This document shows positions 29,255 through 39,640 of a stretch of 64,000 nucleotides of DNA, one piece after another. Every line of letters starts with the position of its first letter. The first letter of the stretch is position 1. Origin of the DNA: Candidatus Kerfeldbacteria bacterium RIFCSPLOWO2_02_FULL_42_19 (lineage in GTDB: Bacteria > Patescibacteriota > Patescibacteriia > HO2-48-17); the NCBI GenBank assembly GCA_001818315.1, contig MHKF01000011.1, positions 44,825 to 108,824 on the forward strand. Direction: 5' to 3'. Below the pieces are notes generated by a model. The model was given only the letters and a program-made list of their open reading frames with translations, did not search any database and had not been told where the DNA came from. The translations under genes were made by a program, and so were the position numbers.

Positions 29255-32170
29255 TTACCGACACTGATATTCTATGAGCAGCTGAGGCCCAAGATTTTTG
29301 CTCTGATTGTCGAATTTATTCGCTCCGAATATATCTTGGAATCCTTGCGTACCTGCTGCGCGCAATTGAATTCCAAAATTTTCGCTCGCGCCTTCATGCC
29401 ACTGACGTACAAGAGCAGTAATATTGAATTGTTTTTCAATAGTGTTTGCTCTTTGTGGGTTTTCTACGAGCACCTCTAAGAGTCGTTCGCCAATAGTTCC
29501 ACCAAATTGTCGCCATGCTTCTTGCTCGCTTGATGAAGACGTTCGGTTATAGGCATCGTAGGCACCTTCTCGCAATCGCATAGACGCGTGTCCACTTCCA
29601 TCTGTTCCCCAGAATTCAAGCAATGGATAAATCATCAGTGTTTCGTTTACATATTGCTGATAGAAATTCAGTAGGAGTTGCGCTGACGTGACCTCGCTAT
29701 CGTCTGGTAGCGCATTTGTAACTTCTGGAAACAGAACGTTATAAAAACTCGTTTGATTGATCCGATTGTCAGGTGCATCATATCCGAAATCAGGGTAGGA
29801 ACTCGAGAGGCGTGATTGAATGACGCTATTGATGTTCTGAGGTGTGTTTTGAATGCGCACACTTCCCTGACACGCCGGAGTACAACTCTGCGAGACCGGC
29901 GGCATACTATTCGTATCTCCACATTCATTCACATCGTAGCACGTTCTTTCTTGGGTTCCATTTCGATCACACGTACCCCACGGAGTACATTCCCATTGCG
30001 GTGCGCACACAAACGTACAGGATTGTTGTTCTACAGGTCTCCATCGCGTTGTGCCACAATTATTGCGATCCGCGCATGTGCGCTGCTCGCTGCCATCGCG
30101 TTGACATGCGTTCCATTCCTCACAGACCCACAATTCTGTACATGAGACTTGTTGAGGCACATACTCGCGTGCGCCAATATCAATAACTCCAATACTTGGC
30201 CGCTCGAAGGCTTCTGGGAGTCCAAATTGCTTGGTTGGAAGATATGAAGCTGCATTCCCTGCATCTCTGAGCGCGGAAGTTTCAGAAGGTGTGAATTCAA
30301 ATCCAAGTCTCACGAGCCCTGGATCCGTCCCAATGATAGAGTTCAAAAGCTCTATTGCTCCTTGTGCATCAGGCAACATAAAATTGTTGGAACCCTTCAT
30401 TTCCCCGCCTTGGCGATCGGGATTCGTGTTACCTGTGAATTCCAAATTTCGGAATCCGAGCATGTTATTATTCAGGTACAGCATTTTTTTACCTTCCGGT
30501 GGGGTGCCAACCCGAAACAACGGCGTATTCCGTCCTTCCTCCTCAACATCGATAAACGTGTTATTCGTTGCATAGAGAGCTCCTGAATGCTGTAAACTTG
30601 CTCCGTCCGAAAAAAACGTAAATATTTGACCGGAGTTGACGGGTTCGGGATCAGGAATCACAGTGTTTCCGGAAAATATATGTTCGCAACCTGCTGGATT
30701 CTCGTCATCAGGGTAATCGATCTCAAAGTTTTTTGCGAATGTAAAAGTGCTCGCGTGGACTTTTGTATTACACGCTCGTACTTTCAAATCCTGCCCTCCA
30801 AGCGCGTATCCGGAAAAAACATTTTCTACGGTGTGATTACTTCCACGCAAATAGATATTATGATAATGTCCAGCGCCCGGATACCCGCTTCCGACGACGC
30901 GACTGTTCTGGAAAACAAGATTATCTGAATTATTCGAACTCCGCACTCCCATACCCGCGTTGGTAATTTCAACTCTGTCGATCAGTACATTTTTACTATC
31001 GGTAATGTTCATTGCGGTAGCATTTTCTGCATAACCAAAATCACTACCGGCATTGCGTAAACGTAGGTTTTTGACGACAAAATATTCGCCTTCGAGTGTG
31101 AGTAAATCCCCTTCTCGACCTGCCTGACATTTTTGCTTGGCAAACGTGCCATCGAGTGTTGCGTCAGATGTAGCGCCCTGAATCGTTACAGGTGTGTCTT
31201 TTGTTCCATTGACGCGAAAGATAGCACCACACGGTACGATTCCATGAATCCAAATTGTATCCCCGCTCGTAAGGAGCACCTCACTTCCATATTTCGCTTG
31301 GTATCCTGCAAACGGTTCTCCCCAACGATCGGCACTATCAAATTTAGGAAACGTATATTCTGCGCCACTCGCCTTTTTCAACACAACAAATCCGCCTTCA
31401 TGAGATTCGCGTTGGTATTGCACTGTGGCATTCGTTGGTCCGTAGAGTTGTATTTGTTCAATATGTAACGGCAAATCAGCATAAGGCGATCTCCCAACAG
31501 CTACTCCAGTGAGAAGATCCTTGCTCGGATCAAACACAAAGCCATCTTCTAATTGTATCGCAGTCCATGGAATACGCACTTCAGTTGAAACTCCTGGCTT
31601 AAGTTTTGGTATTGTAAAATTAAAATCACGCGCAGGAGCGATACCTGTTCTCACGTAACCCGTCCCGTTTTGTGTGTGCCAGTCAAGATATCCAGTTAAT
31701 CTTACATTTTCAAAAACTTTCGCACCCGTATTTTTCATAATCATTCGTATCCCTGTAAAATCTGAAACCCGCAAAGCAAACTCATGATTCCTTCCAGCGA
31801 GTTCTGTACCGCATCTTTGGTATGTGCCTCCACGAAGCGCACAGACATTGCTGGAAGCACTTTTCACGATCGTTGCTCCATACAGATAATTTTTCCATTG
31901 CTCAGGTTTTTGCCCGCTAAAATTCGTAAGCGTGTAAAAAGTTCTGAGTGCCGGCGCGACTCCTTGTTGCATATGCGATTCCTGAGTGTTGTTCGCACTG
32001 GATCTGTTTGTGAAGCGCATGTTATTGAAAGTATCATTTTGCCAATCTGGAATAATATGCGCGTAGACTTGCGTTATTGTAAAGAGTGCAATGAAGATAA
32101 AAAAAATAACCACAATGTGTGTGATCGTGAGATCAGGTTGCATGATGCCTCCGTTTGCATGCTTGTTCAT
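29255..32170 (-). CDS. Large membrane-anchored surface protein: parallel beta-helix repeats plus tandem Cys-rich modules
   Basis: N-terminal TM (HIVVIFFIFIALFTITQVYA); PbH1-like repeats (NVLIDRVEITNAGMGVRSS / NLVFQNSRVVGSG / HNIYLRGSNHTVENVF); two tandem modules near the C-terminus, each with 4 spaced Cys (...CEEWNACQRDGSEQRTCADRNNCG... / ...CTPWGTCDRNGTQERTCYDVNECG...), plus other Cys in the region. Confidence 0.75.
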   Translation of the reverse strand: MNKHANGGIMQPDLTITHIVVIFFIFIALFTITQVYAHIIPDWQNDTFNNMRFTNRSSANNTQESHMQQGVAPALRTFYTLTNFSGQKPEQWKNYLYGATIVKSASSNVCALRGGTYQRCGTELAGRNHEFALRVSDFTGIRMIMKNTGAKVFENVRLTGYLDWHTQNGTGYVRTGIAPARDFNFTIPKLKPGVSTEVRIPWTAIQLEDGFVFDPSKDLLTGVAVGRSPYADLPLHIEQIQLYGPTNATVQYQRESHEGGFVVLKKASGAEYTFPKFDSADRWGEPFAGYQAKYGSEVLLTSGDTIWIHGIVPCGAIFRVNGTKDTPVTIQGATSDATLDGTFAKQKCQAGREGDLLTLEGEYFVVKNLRLRNAGSDFGYAENATAMNITDSKNVLIDRVEITNAGMGVRSSNNSDNLVFQNSRVVGSGYPGAGHYHNIYLRGSNHTVENVFSGYALGGQDLKVRACNTKVHASTFTFAKNFEIDYPDDENPAGCEHIFSGNTVIPDPEPVNSGQIFTFFSDGASLQHSGALYATNNTFIDVEEEGRNTPLFRVGTPPEGKKMLYLNNNMLGFRNLEFTGNTNPDRQGGEMKGSNNFMLPDAQGAIELLNSIIGTDPGLVRLGFEFTPSETSALRDAGNAASYLPTKQFGLPEAFERPSIGVIDIGAREYVPQQVSCTELWVCEEWNACQRDGSEQRTCADRNNCGTTRWRPVEQQSCTFVCAPQWECTPWGTCDRNGTQERTCYDVNECGDTNSMPPVSQSCTPACQGSVRIQNTPQNINSVIQSRLSSSYPDFGYDAPDNRINQTSFYNVLFPEVTNALPDDSEVTSAQLLLNFYQQYVNETLMIYPLLEFWGTDGSGHASMRLREGAYDAYNRTSSSSEQEAWRQFGGTIGERLLEVLVENPQRANTIEKQFNITALVRQWHEGASENFGIQLRAAGTQGFQDIFGANKFDNQSKNLGPQLLIEYQCR

Positions 32171-32277
32171 GGCTTTGATTTAATGATTATCCCTCCGCAT
32201 ATTTCTCACCTTCTTTATTCGTTCAATGAATCTTCGCGTAGCAAACTGATGCGGAATTATTCAGTTAAAACGTTTAT

Positions 32278-32336
32278 ATTATCAAAAGGAAAAAAAATTC
32301 TGTCAACTTGACACGGATTTGAATATATGATATAAT
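32278..32336. promoter_or_regulatory. Overlapping divergent consensus promoters sharing a palindromic -35 (TGTCAAcTTGACA)
   Basis: Plus strand: TTGACA(32308-13)-17 nt-TATAAT(32331-36). Minus strand: TTGACA (rc of 32301-06)-17 nt-GATAAT (rc of 32278-83), correctly placed about 110 nt upstream of the 971-aa gene start. Confidence 0.55.
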
Positions 32337-32434
32337 TATTTTACAAAAAAATTCACTAACTACGGCCCTGCGCACTTTATGGCTTACGTGCAGATAAAAC
32401 AAGAATAGACCTGCTGTATTGGATCAAGTTTAGT

Positions 32435-32839
32435 TTATGCTTGTGCCACTGTTGATGCTGTTTGTGTGCGCTTCGCTGCCCACAGAGCCCAAATGCCTAC
32501 GACAATATGCAAAATCGTATCTGCTGGATTTTGCAATTGCGCACCTAAGAGATTATTCCCCTCAGTCACTGGCCCAAATAAACTATAGAGTCCGACAACA
32601 ACACCAACGATGCCGAGAAGAAGTACAATCGGTTTTTGGAGTGTTGCTGGTAAAATAAAGGATCCGATCACACCGACAATGCCGAGCACAAGGTGTGCCC
32701 AATTTTCAGCGTTGTCGAAGAACCAACTTTGCTTAAAAATACTTTGTGCTGCTTCAGGGCCTATGACCCCGGCAAAACCCAAGATGGCAACGAGAATAAG
32801 CACGATGCCACCTATGAGAAGAAATTGTTTTGCATTCAT
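32435..32839 (-). CDS. Small hydrophobic membrane protein (4 TM)
   Basis: 134 aa; four clear hydrophobic helices; no motif recognised. Confidence 0.55.
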   Translation of the reverse strand: MNAKQFLLIGGIVLILVAILGFAGVIGPEAAQSIFKQSWFFDNAENWAHLVLGIVGVIGSFILPATLQKPIVLLLGIVGVVVGLYSLFGPVTEGNNLLGAQLQNPADTILHIVVGIWALWAAKRTQTASTVAQA

Positions 32840-32957
32840 ATGAGGTGGATGAAAAAATAAATTATGAGCGTCTTAAGTTATTAAGCGCCTCTTCCCACCA
32901 AATCCTCCAAATTTTGTTTTTCAAAACACTCCCTACTGTGGCAATTGTAACACTTTT

Positions 32958-33275
32958 TTATTGCAATGTCTCTTCACCGGTATAAGAGAGCACAGAACGA
33001 TCTGCCCAGAAAACTTTATCTTCCGGAGCCCATGGAAACGCACCTTCGATATTTTGAATATACATGTACGTATTCACTTCTGGAAAACTTGTTATCCAAC
33101 GCGCGCCGTCAACACCAACTGTGTCTACGAGTATTTGAGTATTATTTGGAGATTCGATGCGTACCGTCACTTTCGCGCCTTCGGCTGGTTGTACAGTATT
33201 TTTTGTGGAATCGAGACTTGCACCTTGCACAATGTCCAAAATCCATGTTGCTGATTGCCGCGTTACAAGATCCAA
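32958..33275 (-). CDS. Hypothetical protein (105 aa)
   Basis: Only supported by ORF length and codon-usage context. Confidence 0.3.
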   Translation of the reverse strand: MDLVTRQSATWILDIVQGASLDSTKNTVQPAEGAKVTVRIESPNNTQILVDTVGVDGARWITSFPEVNTYMYIQNIEGAFPWAPEDKVFWADRSVLSYTGEETLQ

Positions 33276-33390
33276 TTCGAGATTGCTTTCTTGTACCCAA
33301 TAACTTGTCTGCCCCTGAATTTTTCTTTCTGGATAAAGATTGTCGAGAATGGATTCGCTATGTTTTTTTTCATAATTGTACCTCGAATGA

Positions 33391-34776
33391 TTATGTTTTG
33401 ATTGTTTTTGATTTCCTTCGTTTACTCACCTTTCTCCATTTTACACCTTCTTTTGTATCGTAGACTTGAATACCCAGAGTTTCCAATTTTTTTCGAATGG
33501 CGTCAGCTTTGGCGAATTCTTTTTTCTTGCGCAACTCCGAACGCTTAGCGATGAGCGCGTTGACTTCTTCATCACTGCTATTGGTTTCTAATTGAACAAT
33601 ATTAAAGAGATCATTGACTTCCTGCAAAAACGCTCTTGCGCGCTGCCCTGGTTTTCCATGAAGGTTCATGTGCGTGATACAATTGAAAAGTGCCGCGAAA
33701 GCTTGTGGAGTATTAAAATCGTCGTCCAACGCTGCGTAAAAATGCTGCTTATATTTTTCGATCGTCTGCTCATTCTTCTTGTCATTATGAGTTGTATCGA
33801 TGTTAAAAACAAATTCTTCGATGCGCCGGAGACCGTTCTTCGCTTGTTCTAAAGTTTCTGTGCTAAAATCTAAATTCCTCCGATAGTGGACACTCAGAAA
33901 AAAGAATCGGAGTGTTCTGTAATCATACTGCGTGAGCACCTCGCGAATCGTTTTAAAATTCCCTTTGCTCTTTGACATTTTCTCTCCATTGATATTCAAA
34001 AGCCCCGTATGCAGCCAATATCGAACAAACGGAGTTTTCTCTCCCGCAGCTTCCATCTGTGCAATTTCGGCTTCGTGATGAGGAAAAATTAAGTCAATTG
34101 CTCCGCCGTGCATATCATACTGCGGTCCAAAAAACGATTCTGTTATGGCCGTATCTTCAATGTGCCAACCGGGACGACCCTTTCCAAACTCTGTTTCCCA
34201 TGCTGGTTCTCCTGATTTATATGCTTTCCACAAACAAAAGTCATTCCAATTTTTTTTATCTTCGCTTTCGTCAATGCGCGACACTGAATCCTCTTTTTTG
34301 AGCTCCGTGCGTCCAGAGAGTTTTCCGTAATCATGAAATTTCGTTACGTCATAATACACCCCGCTCTTTGTGTGATACGCGTATCCTTTGTCGAGAAGTG
34401 TTTTGACTTGCTGCACAATCTGAGGAATGTATTCTGTAGCGCGCGCGTACTTCGTTACTGCAGTATTCTGTAGCGCGTTCATGTCCTCTTGATAAATTGT
34501 TTCGAACTCTCGTGCAAGCACATCCCACGCAATGTCACGGTCCTTGGCGCGCTGAATAATCTTGTCATCAATATCGGTAATATTTTGCAGGTAAAAAACA
34601 TCGTAACCTTTTTTGCGCAGATACCGAACTATGAAATCAAACTGGGTGTATGTTTTTGCGTGACCAAGATGCGGCGCGTCATAAACCGTTGGACCGCACA
34701 CGAAAAAATTAACCCTCTTTTTTGCAAAGGTTTTGAGCGGCTCTTTTTTTTTCGTTAAGGTATTATAGATCTGCAA
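33391..34776 (-). CDS. cysS: Cysteinyl-tRNA synthetase
   Basis: HIGH motif ([16 protein letters not shown]) and KMSKS (KMSKSKGN); 461 aa. Confidence 0.95.
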   Translation of the reverse strand: MQIYNTLTKKKEPLKTFAKKRVNFFVCGPTVYDAPHLGHAKTYTQFDFIVRYLRKKGYDVFYLQNITDIDDKIIQRAKDRDIAWDVLAREFETIYQEDMNALQNTAVTKYARATEYIPQIVQQVKTLLDKGYAYHTKSGVYYDVTKFHDYGKLSGRTELKKEDSVSRIDESEDKKNWNDFCLWKAYKSGEPAWETEFGKGRPGWHIEDTAITESFFGPQYDMHGGAIDLIFPHHEAEIAQMEAAGEKTPFVRYWLHTGLLNINGEKMSKSKGNFKTIREVLTQYDYRTLRFFFLSVHYRRNLDFSTETLEQAKNGLRRIEEFVFNIDTTHNDKKNEQTIEKYKQHFYAALDDDFNTPQAFAALFNCITHMNLHGKPGQRARAFLQEVNDLFNIVQLETNSSDEEVNALIAKRSELRKKKEFAKADAIRKKLETLGIQVYDTKEGVKWRKVSKRRKSKTIKT

Positions 34777-34805
34777 AGTTTCTGCTGTAAGGAATTACGC
34801 GCTTA

Positions 34806-35882
34806 TTATTTCTTCTTGCTTTTGACGACAATTTCTACAGTGTCGCTTTTTTCTTTCTTATACTCTGCGCGGTAAGTCGCGGTCTTCGCGGGATTCAATT
34901 TCTTGGAGAAATAACCATTTTTGTCGGTTTTGACGACCATAAATTTCGTAAATTTTTTCTGCCCCTTCAACTTCCGATAGATCACGACTTTCTCACCTTT
35001 TTTCGCATCTTTCGCCCAACCATAGATTGTTGTCTTTTCGCCTTGCTTGAGGCTTGTTTTTTTGGCAGCAAGACTCACATCTAATTGTTCGCGTACCGTC
35101 AATTCTTTGGTAATACTTTTTGAGCCCTGTGATTCGATGACGGTGCTATTTGATGCAAATGTCAAATTAATCTTCACCAACGCACCGCCGGTAACTTCCT
35201 CTATCTCCATTGATGCTTGGGCGTCGCCGTTAAACACAGCAAGATCCTCAACTATGAGTTCCTTTCCACTGAACTCTGAAAGAAGTTCAATGATGGCGTT
35301 CGGTATAAACATGTGAAAAAAACCTTCCGTTCCCTCTGGCCCTGTGAGCTTGTATCCGAAATAAGGCGCGTCTTCGCTTGGAGGGATAAGTTCCCATTCA
35401 GAAATGTTGGTGGACATCCAACCGCCTCGCATTTCTTCTGGCGGTCCATCAGTTCCTGGTTCGGTAGCAGGTGCGAACGCGATCATTGTGCTTGTTGAAC
35501 CCTCGGGTAAATCTTTATCAACATCAAGGAGCTCTTTCGCTGTAAATGGCACAATGAGTTCTTTACTGTCGGTATCACACGACCAACTATCATCTTCGGA
35601 CAAATCTGCGCCGGGAGTAACAACCATCACAGGACATTCACTCACGGAAAACGTGGCGGTATACGCGGTATCGATAGTTGTAATGAACCCGAAAAGCGCA
35701 ATATTTTCCGGAATATCACCGCCACCAAGTTGATCGGATATATCTTGTGCTTCAGGTGTAATATCTACTAATTCGGCCTCAAATGCTAAAGCAAAACGTG
35801 GGGTGAAAAGAAAAAGTATAGCGAATACCGCTGTAAAAAGGAGAAATTGCATTTTTATTTTCATAGAGCGCTCATGAATCAT
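34806..35882 (-). CDS. Secreted hypothetical protein (acidic body, Lys-rich C-terminal tail)
   Basis: Signal peptide MKIKMQFLLFTAVFAILFLFTPRFALA (probable start about 35864); no known domain. Confidence 0.55.
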   Translation of the reverse strand: MIHERSMKIKMQFLLFTAVFAILFLFTPRFALAFEAELVDITPEAQDISDQLGGGDIPENIALFGFITTIDTAYTATFSVSECPVMVVTPGADLSEDDSWSCDTDSKELIVPFTAKELLDVDKDLPEGSTSTMIAFAPATEPGTDGPPEEMRGGWMSTNISEWELIPPSEDAPYFGYKLTGPEGTEGFFHMFIPNAIIELLSEFSGKELIVEDLAVFNGDAQASMEIEEVTGGALVKINLTFASNSTVIESQGSKSITKELTVREQLDVSLAAKKTSLKQGEKTTIYGWAKDAKKGEKVVIYRKLKGQKKFTKFMVVKTDKNGYFSKKLNPAKTATYRAEYKKEKSDTVEIVVKSKKK

Positions 35883-35933
35883 AAAGTGTAGCTATGATAA
35901 ATTATAAACCTTCTGCCGATTTCCGTAAAATAA

Positions 35934-35981
35934 AAGTGCCTTGCAAATTGATTCGTTCATGAACGAATTTCACAAGGCACT
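35934..35981. promoter_or_regulatory. Nested palindrome in divergent promoter region (operator-like)
   Basis: AAGTGCCTTG..gATTCGTTCA|TGAACGAATt..CAAGGCACT: perfect 18-bp inner palindrome flanked by an 8-9 bp outer inverted repeat, 50-100 bp upstream of the 358-aa gene start. Confidence 0.45.
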
Positions 35982-36292
35982 CATGCGCGAGTTTTGACTC
36001 GCGTTACTTTTGCGAAGATTCTGTTTTTTTGGTGGGGACGGTCTCGAATGTCCCAACAACGAGAGTTTGACAAACAAAGAGAAGATTGGTAACATTTTGT
36101 CAGTAGCGCAAGAGTAAGAAGCAGTTGGAATATAAAATATAAAAAGAGTGTGTAGCCCTGTCAAAATAAGTTTTATAGGAAACGAGGAGAAGGGTCTTAG
36201 AATTTAAGACAATCGGAACTTTTTTTAAAAAAGAAACGAGTATTTGCGGAAACCTTTCCTCTTGCATATATTTCCATTAGTAAGAGTAAATT

Positions 36293-38056
36293 ATGTGCGG
36301 AATTTTTGGTTACACTGGGCAAAGAAAAAAAGCTGCAGAAATTGTTTTTGATGGTCTTAAACAACTTGAGTATCGTGGCTATGATTCGTGGGGTGTTGGC
36401 GTATGCGTTGGAGATAATTTTGTTATAGATAAGCATGCAGGAAAAATTGGTAACGCAGTTGTCAATCTGCCGGATAGATCATTCTCATTTGGTCACACCA
36501 GATGGGCAACGCATGGGGGTGTGACAGATAAAAATGCTCATCCACATCTTGATTGTACAAAAACTATTGCCATTGTTCATAACGGTATTATAGAAAATTT
36601 TCAAGAGATAAGAAAAAAATTGTCGCCTAAACACACGATCATTTCAGAAACAGATACTGAAATTATGGCCCATCTCATAGAAGAATATAGGAAAAAATAC
36701 GATACCGTTGAAGCTATCCGGCTGGCATTTTTGGAGTGTCAAGGTTTATCGGCTTTCCTAATCGCAGATGCAAAGAGCAAGATGCTTATAGCGGTGAAAA
36801 CAGGATCCCCTCTTGTTGTAGGAGTTGGCCAAGGCGAGAATCTAGTTGGTTCAGATGCTCATTGCCTGCTTTCATTAACCAGAAATGTAGTTTTTCTTGA
36901 GAACAATCAACTTGCCGTATTGACTCAAGATAATGTCGATTTCCTTGATGTAAAAGGTGGTCATGAGATTAAACCAAATATACATACACTTGATTGGAAA
37001 CCAGAAAATACAAAAAAAGGAAAATATAAACATTTTCTTATTAAAGAGGTAAGCGAGCAACCTAGAGTTTTGGAAAATATCGCACTTCATTATGCTGAGG
37101 AGGTCAGAAAATTATCAAAACTCATAACGGAGGCATTTGGAACATTTATGCTTGGTTGCGGGAGCGCTTCTTATGCTGCGTTGTCAGGTGTATATTTATT
37201 TTCTAAAATTGCAAAAAAGCATGTAAACTTTGGTATTGGTTCGGAATTCAGCTATTTAGAAGATTATTTGACATCTAAAAGTTTGGTTATTCCTATTTCC
37301 CAGAGTGGAGAAACAATCGACGTTGTTGAACCCGTAAGTAAAGCAAAGAAAAAGGGGGTAAAAATTGCGGCCTTGGTCAATGTGATGGGCTCTACTCTTT
37401 ATAGACAAGCAGATTTTAGACTCATGCTTGGAGCTGGACAAGAAAAAGCAGTAATAGGAACAAAAAGTTTTACTGCAATGTTTGCCGTACTTCTTTTTAG
37501 CGCATATGCGATCGTAAATAAAGAAAAAGTGGCAAAGAATTTACTTCTTGCCGCGTCAAAAAACGTATCAAAAATTCTTGATAAAAAAACCGTCTCTAAA
37601 ATAAAAAAATTGGCAAAAATTTTGAAAGAAAAGGAACACGCTTATGTTATCGGTCGTGGGCTATCATATGCAGCAGCACTTGAAGGGACTTTAAAATTAA
37701 AAGAGACCTCGTATCTCCACGCGGAGGGATTCGCAGGCGGAGAATTGAAGCATGGAGTGATTGCTCTTATTGAGAAAGGAACACCGTGTTTTGTAATTGC
37801 CCCCAACGACGAGACATATGATGAAATTATCTCAAACGCTCAGGAGGTAAAAGCCCGAGGAGGCTTGATTGTTGGTGTTGGACCAAGAGAAAATGATGTT
37901 TTTGATATTTTTCTAAAGACAGAGGACATAAAGGAAGCAACCCTTATTCCACAAGTAGTATATTTTCAATTACTCGGATACTTTTTGGCTTTAGAAAAAG
38001 GATTTAAAGATCCGGATAAGCCTAGAAATTTAGCGAAAAGCGTAACTGTTAAATAA
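36293..38056 (+). CDS. glmS: Glutamine--fructose-6-phosphate aminotransferase
   Basis: MCGIFGY Ntn start; two SIS domains; C-terminal ...KPRNLAKSVTVK; 587 aa. Confidence 0.95.
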   Translation: MCGIFGYTGQRKKAAEIVFDGLKQLEYRGYDSWGVGVCVGDNFVIDKHAGKIGNAVVNLPDRSFSFGHTRWATHGGVTDKNAHPHLDCTKTIAIVHNGIIENFQEIRKKLSPKHTIISETDTEIMAHLIEEYRKKYDTVEAIRLAFLECQGLSAFLIADAKSKMLIAVKTGSPLVVGVGQGENLVGSDAHCLLSLTRNVVFLENNQLAVLTQDNVDFLDVKGGHEIKPNIHTLDWKPENTKKGKYKHFLIKEVSEQPRVLENIALHYAEEVRKLSKLITEAFGTFMLGCGSASYAALSGVYLFSKIAKKHVNFGIGSEFSYLEDYLTSKSLVIPISQSGETIDVVEPVSKAKKKGVKIAALVNVMGSTLYRQADFRLMLGAGQEKAVIGTKSFTAMFAVLLFSAYAIVNKEKVAKNLLLAASKNVSKILDKKTVSKIKKLAKILKEKEHAYVIGRGLSYAAALEGTLKLKETSYLHAEGFAGGELKHGVIALIEKGTPCFVIAPNDETYDEIISNAQEVKARGGLIVGVGPRENDVFDIFLKTEDIKEATLIPQVVYFQLLGYFLALEKGFKDPDKPRNLAKSVTVK

Positions 38057-38074
38057 GTTTTTCACTTGATCATT

Positions 38075-38097
38075 CCGCGCTAGCTTGCTGCGCGCGG
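38075..38097. terminator. Bidirectional intrinsic terminator between convergent glmS and 508-aa gene
   Basis: CCGCGC-tagcttgct-GCGCGCGG hairpin flanked by T-runs on one side and A-runs on the other. Confidence 0.5.
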
Positions 38098-38113
38098 AGG
38101 TTCATTAAAAAAA

Positions 38114-39640
38114 TTATTTTGGAAACAAACCGTATTCTTCTGCTAAAGCCCTTATTGCTTTCTCCCTATTCCCTGCTTTTTTAAAAATTTGAAGCTGTAT
38201 ATCTGCAGGTGTTGTTTTTCTTCGTACACGATCAGAAAGCGGCTCAAGAAAACTCTCTTCTTTCAACCCGCGCTTTTTTAAGCCTTGTGTACTTAAATCA
38301 ATAATTTTTTCAAGTAGTTCTGGAATCCAAATATTATCAACCTTTGAATCCATGGGTGCAAATGGTGCTATTGTAAATACTTTTTTCCAGAAATCATAAG
38401 TGAAATTATTTACGACATATTCAAACGTTTCATCTAAATGAGTCAGTAAACCTAGGTAAAGAGCGAGTGTAGAAAATTCCTCATCTTTAGGCGGGCAACT
38501 GTCACTTCTTACTTCGATATACAATTTTTCAAGACTGCCATCGAGCCATTCTTCTAGCGCAGTTTCTCCGCCTGCAAATGCTTTACCAAATTCATCTAAA
38601 TTTGTCTTGGAGGAAAAGTTGAAGCGTAGTCTTGAAATATAAATTTGTCTTTGGAGTCGCTCTAAATTAGTAAGTTCTGCATGATAGACTTTTGTCCGTT
38701 GACCACTTATAGAGCAAGCGTCCCATCCGCTTATAGGCGGGGTTTTCCAAAAAGAAAAAAAAGTAGGATCAGAAAAAATTCTCAAAGGAAGCCCGTCATC
38801 AGAAAATAGCGTTAACAGTCTCAATCGCATTAAATAAGAAAAATAATCGTGCCAGCTGGTAATTTCCTTTTCCGGCATACCAACACGATCCAAATCATCA
38901 TTGTATGGACTTTTAAGAAAGAGGTTTCTCCACGCCCACGGTCTAATAGACAACATTTTATTTGGACTTATTTTTGATCCACAAATAGCACCTAATCTCA
39001 AAAAGAAGAATGTGATTCCCGTTAATCGAATGATTATTCTTAAAAAGGGAATTGCTTCCTGTACGGAAACGTCAAGAGAAGGATTATTTCCTAAAATCCA
39101 AGAAAACCAATAATGATCAACTCCTCTTTTTCTAAGGTGTGCATATTCACCACGCCAATAGGTATGGAAGAGAGCGTAGTATTGTCTTGTGGCTTGTGTA
39201 ACCGGAGTTGCTTCTGTATACCACATAAAAAGACCTTCTTCTCCTAATAATGGCAATATAGCTTTATCCAGGAAACGTTGCTCCTTCTCTAATTCGAATA
39301 TATTATCTAATGGCGGTAGGGTTGTCTCAAAAATTCCTGTTGTTACATCGGACGTGCACGTCCAATAATTCGCAATTTGAAATTTGCTTGGCCTTTCCTT
39401 TCTCACTCTCAGGACCACTCCTGTTGTAGGATCAAAAATTGGTTCCCAGCCTTTTTCCAATAATTTTTGTAGAAATGATTGGAAAGAAAAAGGAGTTGCA
39501 GACCCGAAAGGAGTACCAAGCGGAGGATAATGTTTTAAGTTTGCTTGATAAACAAGCGCTCTTTCCAATTCAATACTGATTAATCTTTTTTTCATAATAC
39601 TCAAACTTTCGAGAAGAGCTCCGCTTATGGCGGAGAGCAT
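38114..39640 (-). CDS. Hypothetical 508-aa protein; possible GCS2/glutamate-cysteine-ligase-like carboxylate-amine ligase
   Basis: The N-terminal segment ...KRLISIELERALV... and ...TGIFETTLPP resemble the hGhE.E and G.Q.E.S.P motifs of the GCS/YbdK fold (weak; from memory). Start codon overlaps the methyltransferase stop by 1 nt. Confidence 0.55.
   Translation of the reverse strand: MLSAISGALLESLSIMKKRLISIELERALVYQANLKHYPPLGTPFGSATPFSFQSFLQKLLEKGWEPIFDPTTGVVLRVRKERPSKFQIANYWTCTSDVTTGIFETTLPPLDNIFELEKEQRFLDKAILPLLGEEGLFMWYTEATPVTQATRQYYALFHTYWRGEYAHLRKRGVDHYWFSWILGNNPSLDVSVQEAIPFLRIIIRLTGITFFFLRLGAICGSKISPNKMLSIRPWAWRNLFLKSPYNDDLDRVGMPEKEITSWHDYFSYLMRLRLLTLFSDDGLPLRIFSDPTFFSFWKTPPISGWDACSISGQRTKVYHAELTNLERLQRQIYISRLRFNFSSKTNLDEFGKAFAGGETALEEWLDGSLEKLYIEVRSDSCPPKDEEFSTLALYLGLLTHLDETFEYVVNNFTYDFWKKVFTIAPFAPMDSKVDNIWIPELLEKIIDLSTQGLKKRGLKEESFLEPLSDRVRRKTTPADIQLQIFKKAGNREKAIRALAEEYGLFPK

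Noticed and set aside
32437-32658. 73-aa plus-strand ORF downstream of the consensus plus-strand promoter
   Set aside because: It lies antisense to a convincing 4-TM membrane protein gene and has no protein-like features. The promoter may still drive an antisense RNA, but the ORF itself is not called.
36000-36292. Possible glmS ribozyme in the 5' UTR of glmS
   Set aside because: None of the conserved glmS ribozyme core stretches (for example ..AGCGCCAGAACU.. / ..GACGAGGAUGG..) can be found on the glmS strand. The region looks like an ordinary AT-rich promoter/UTR.
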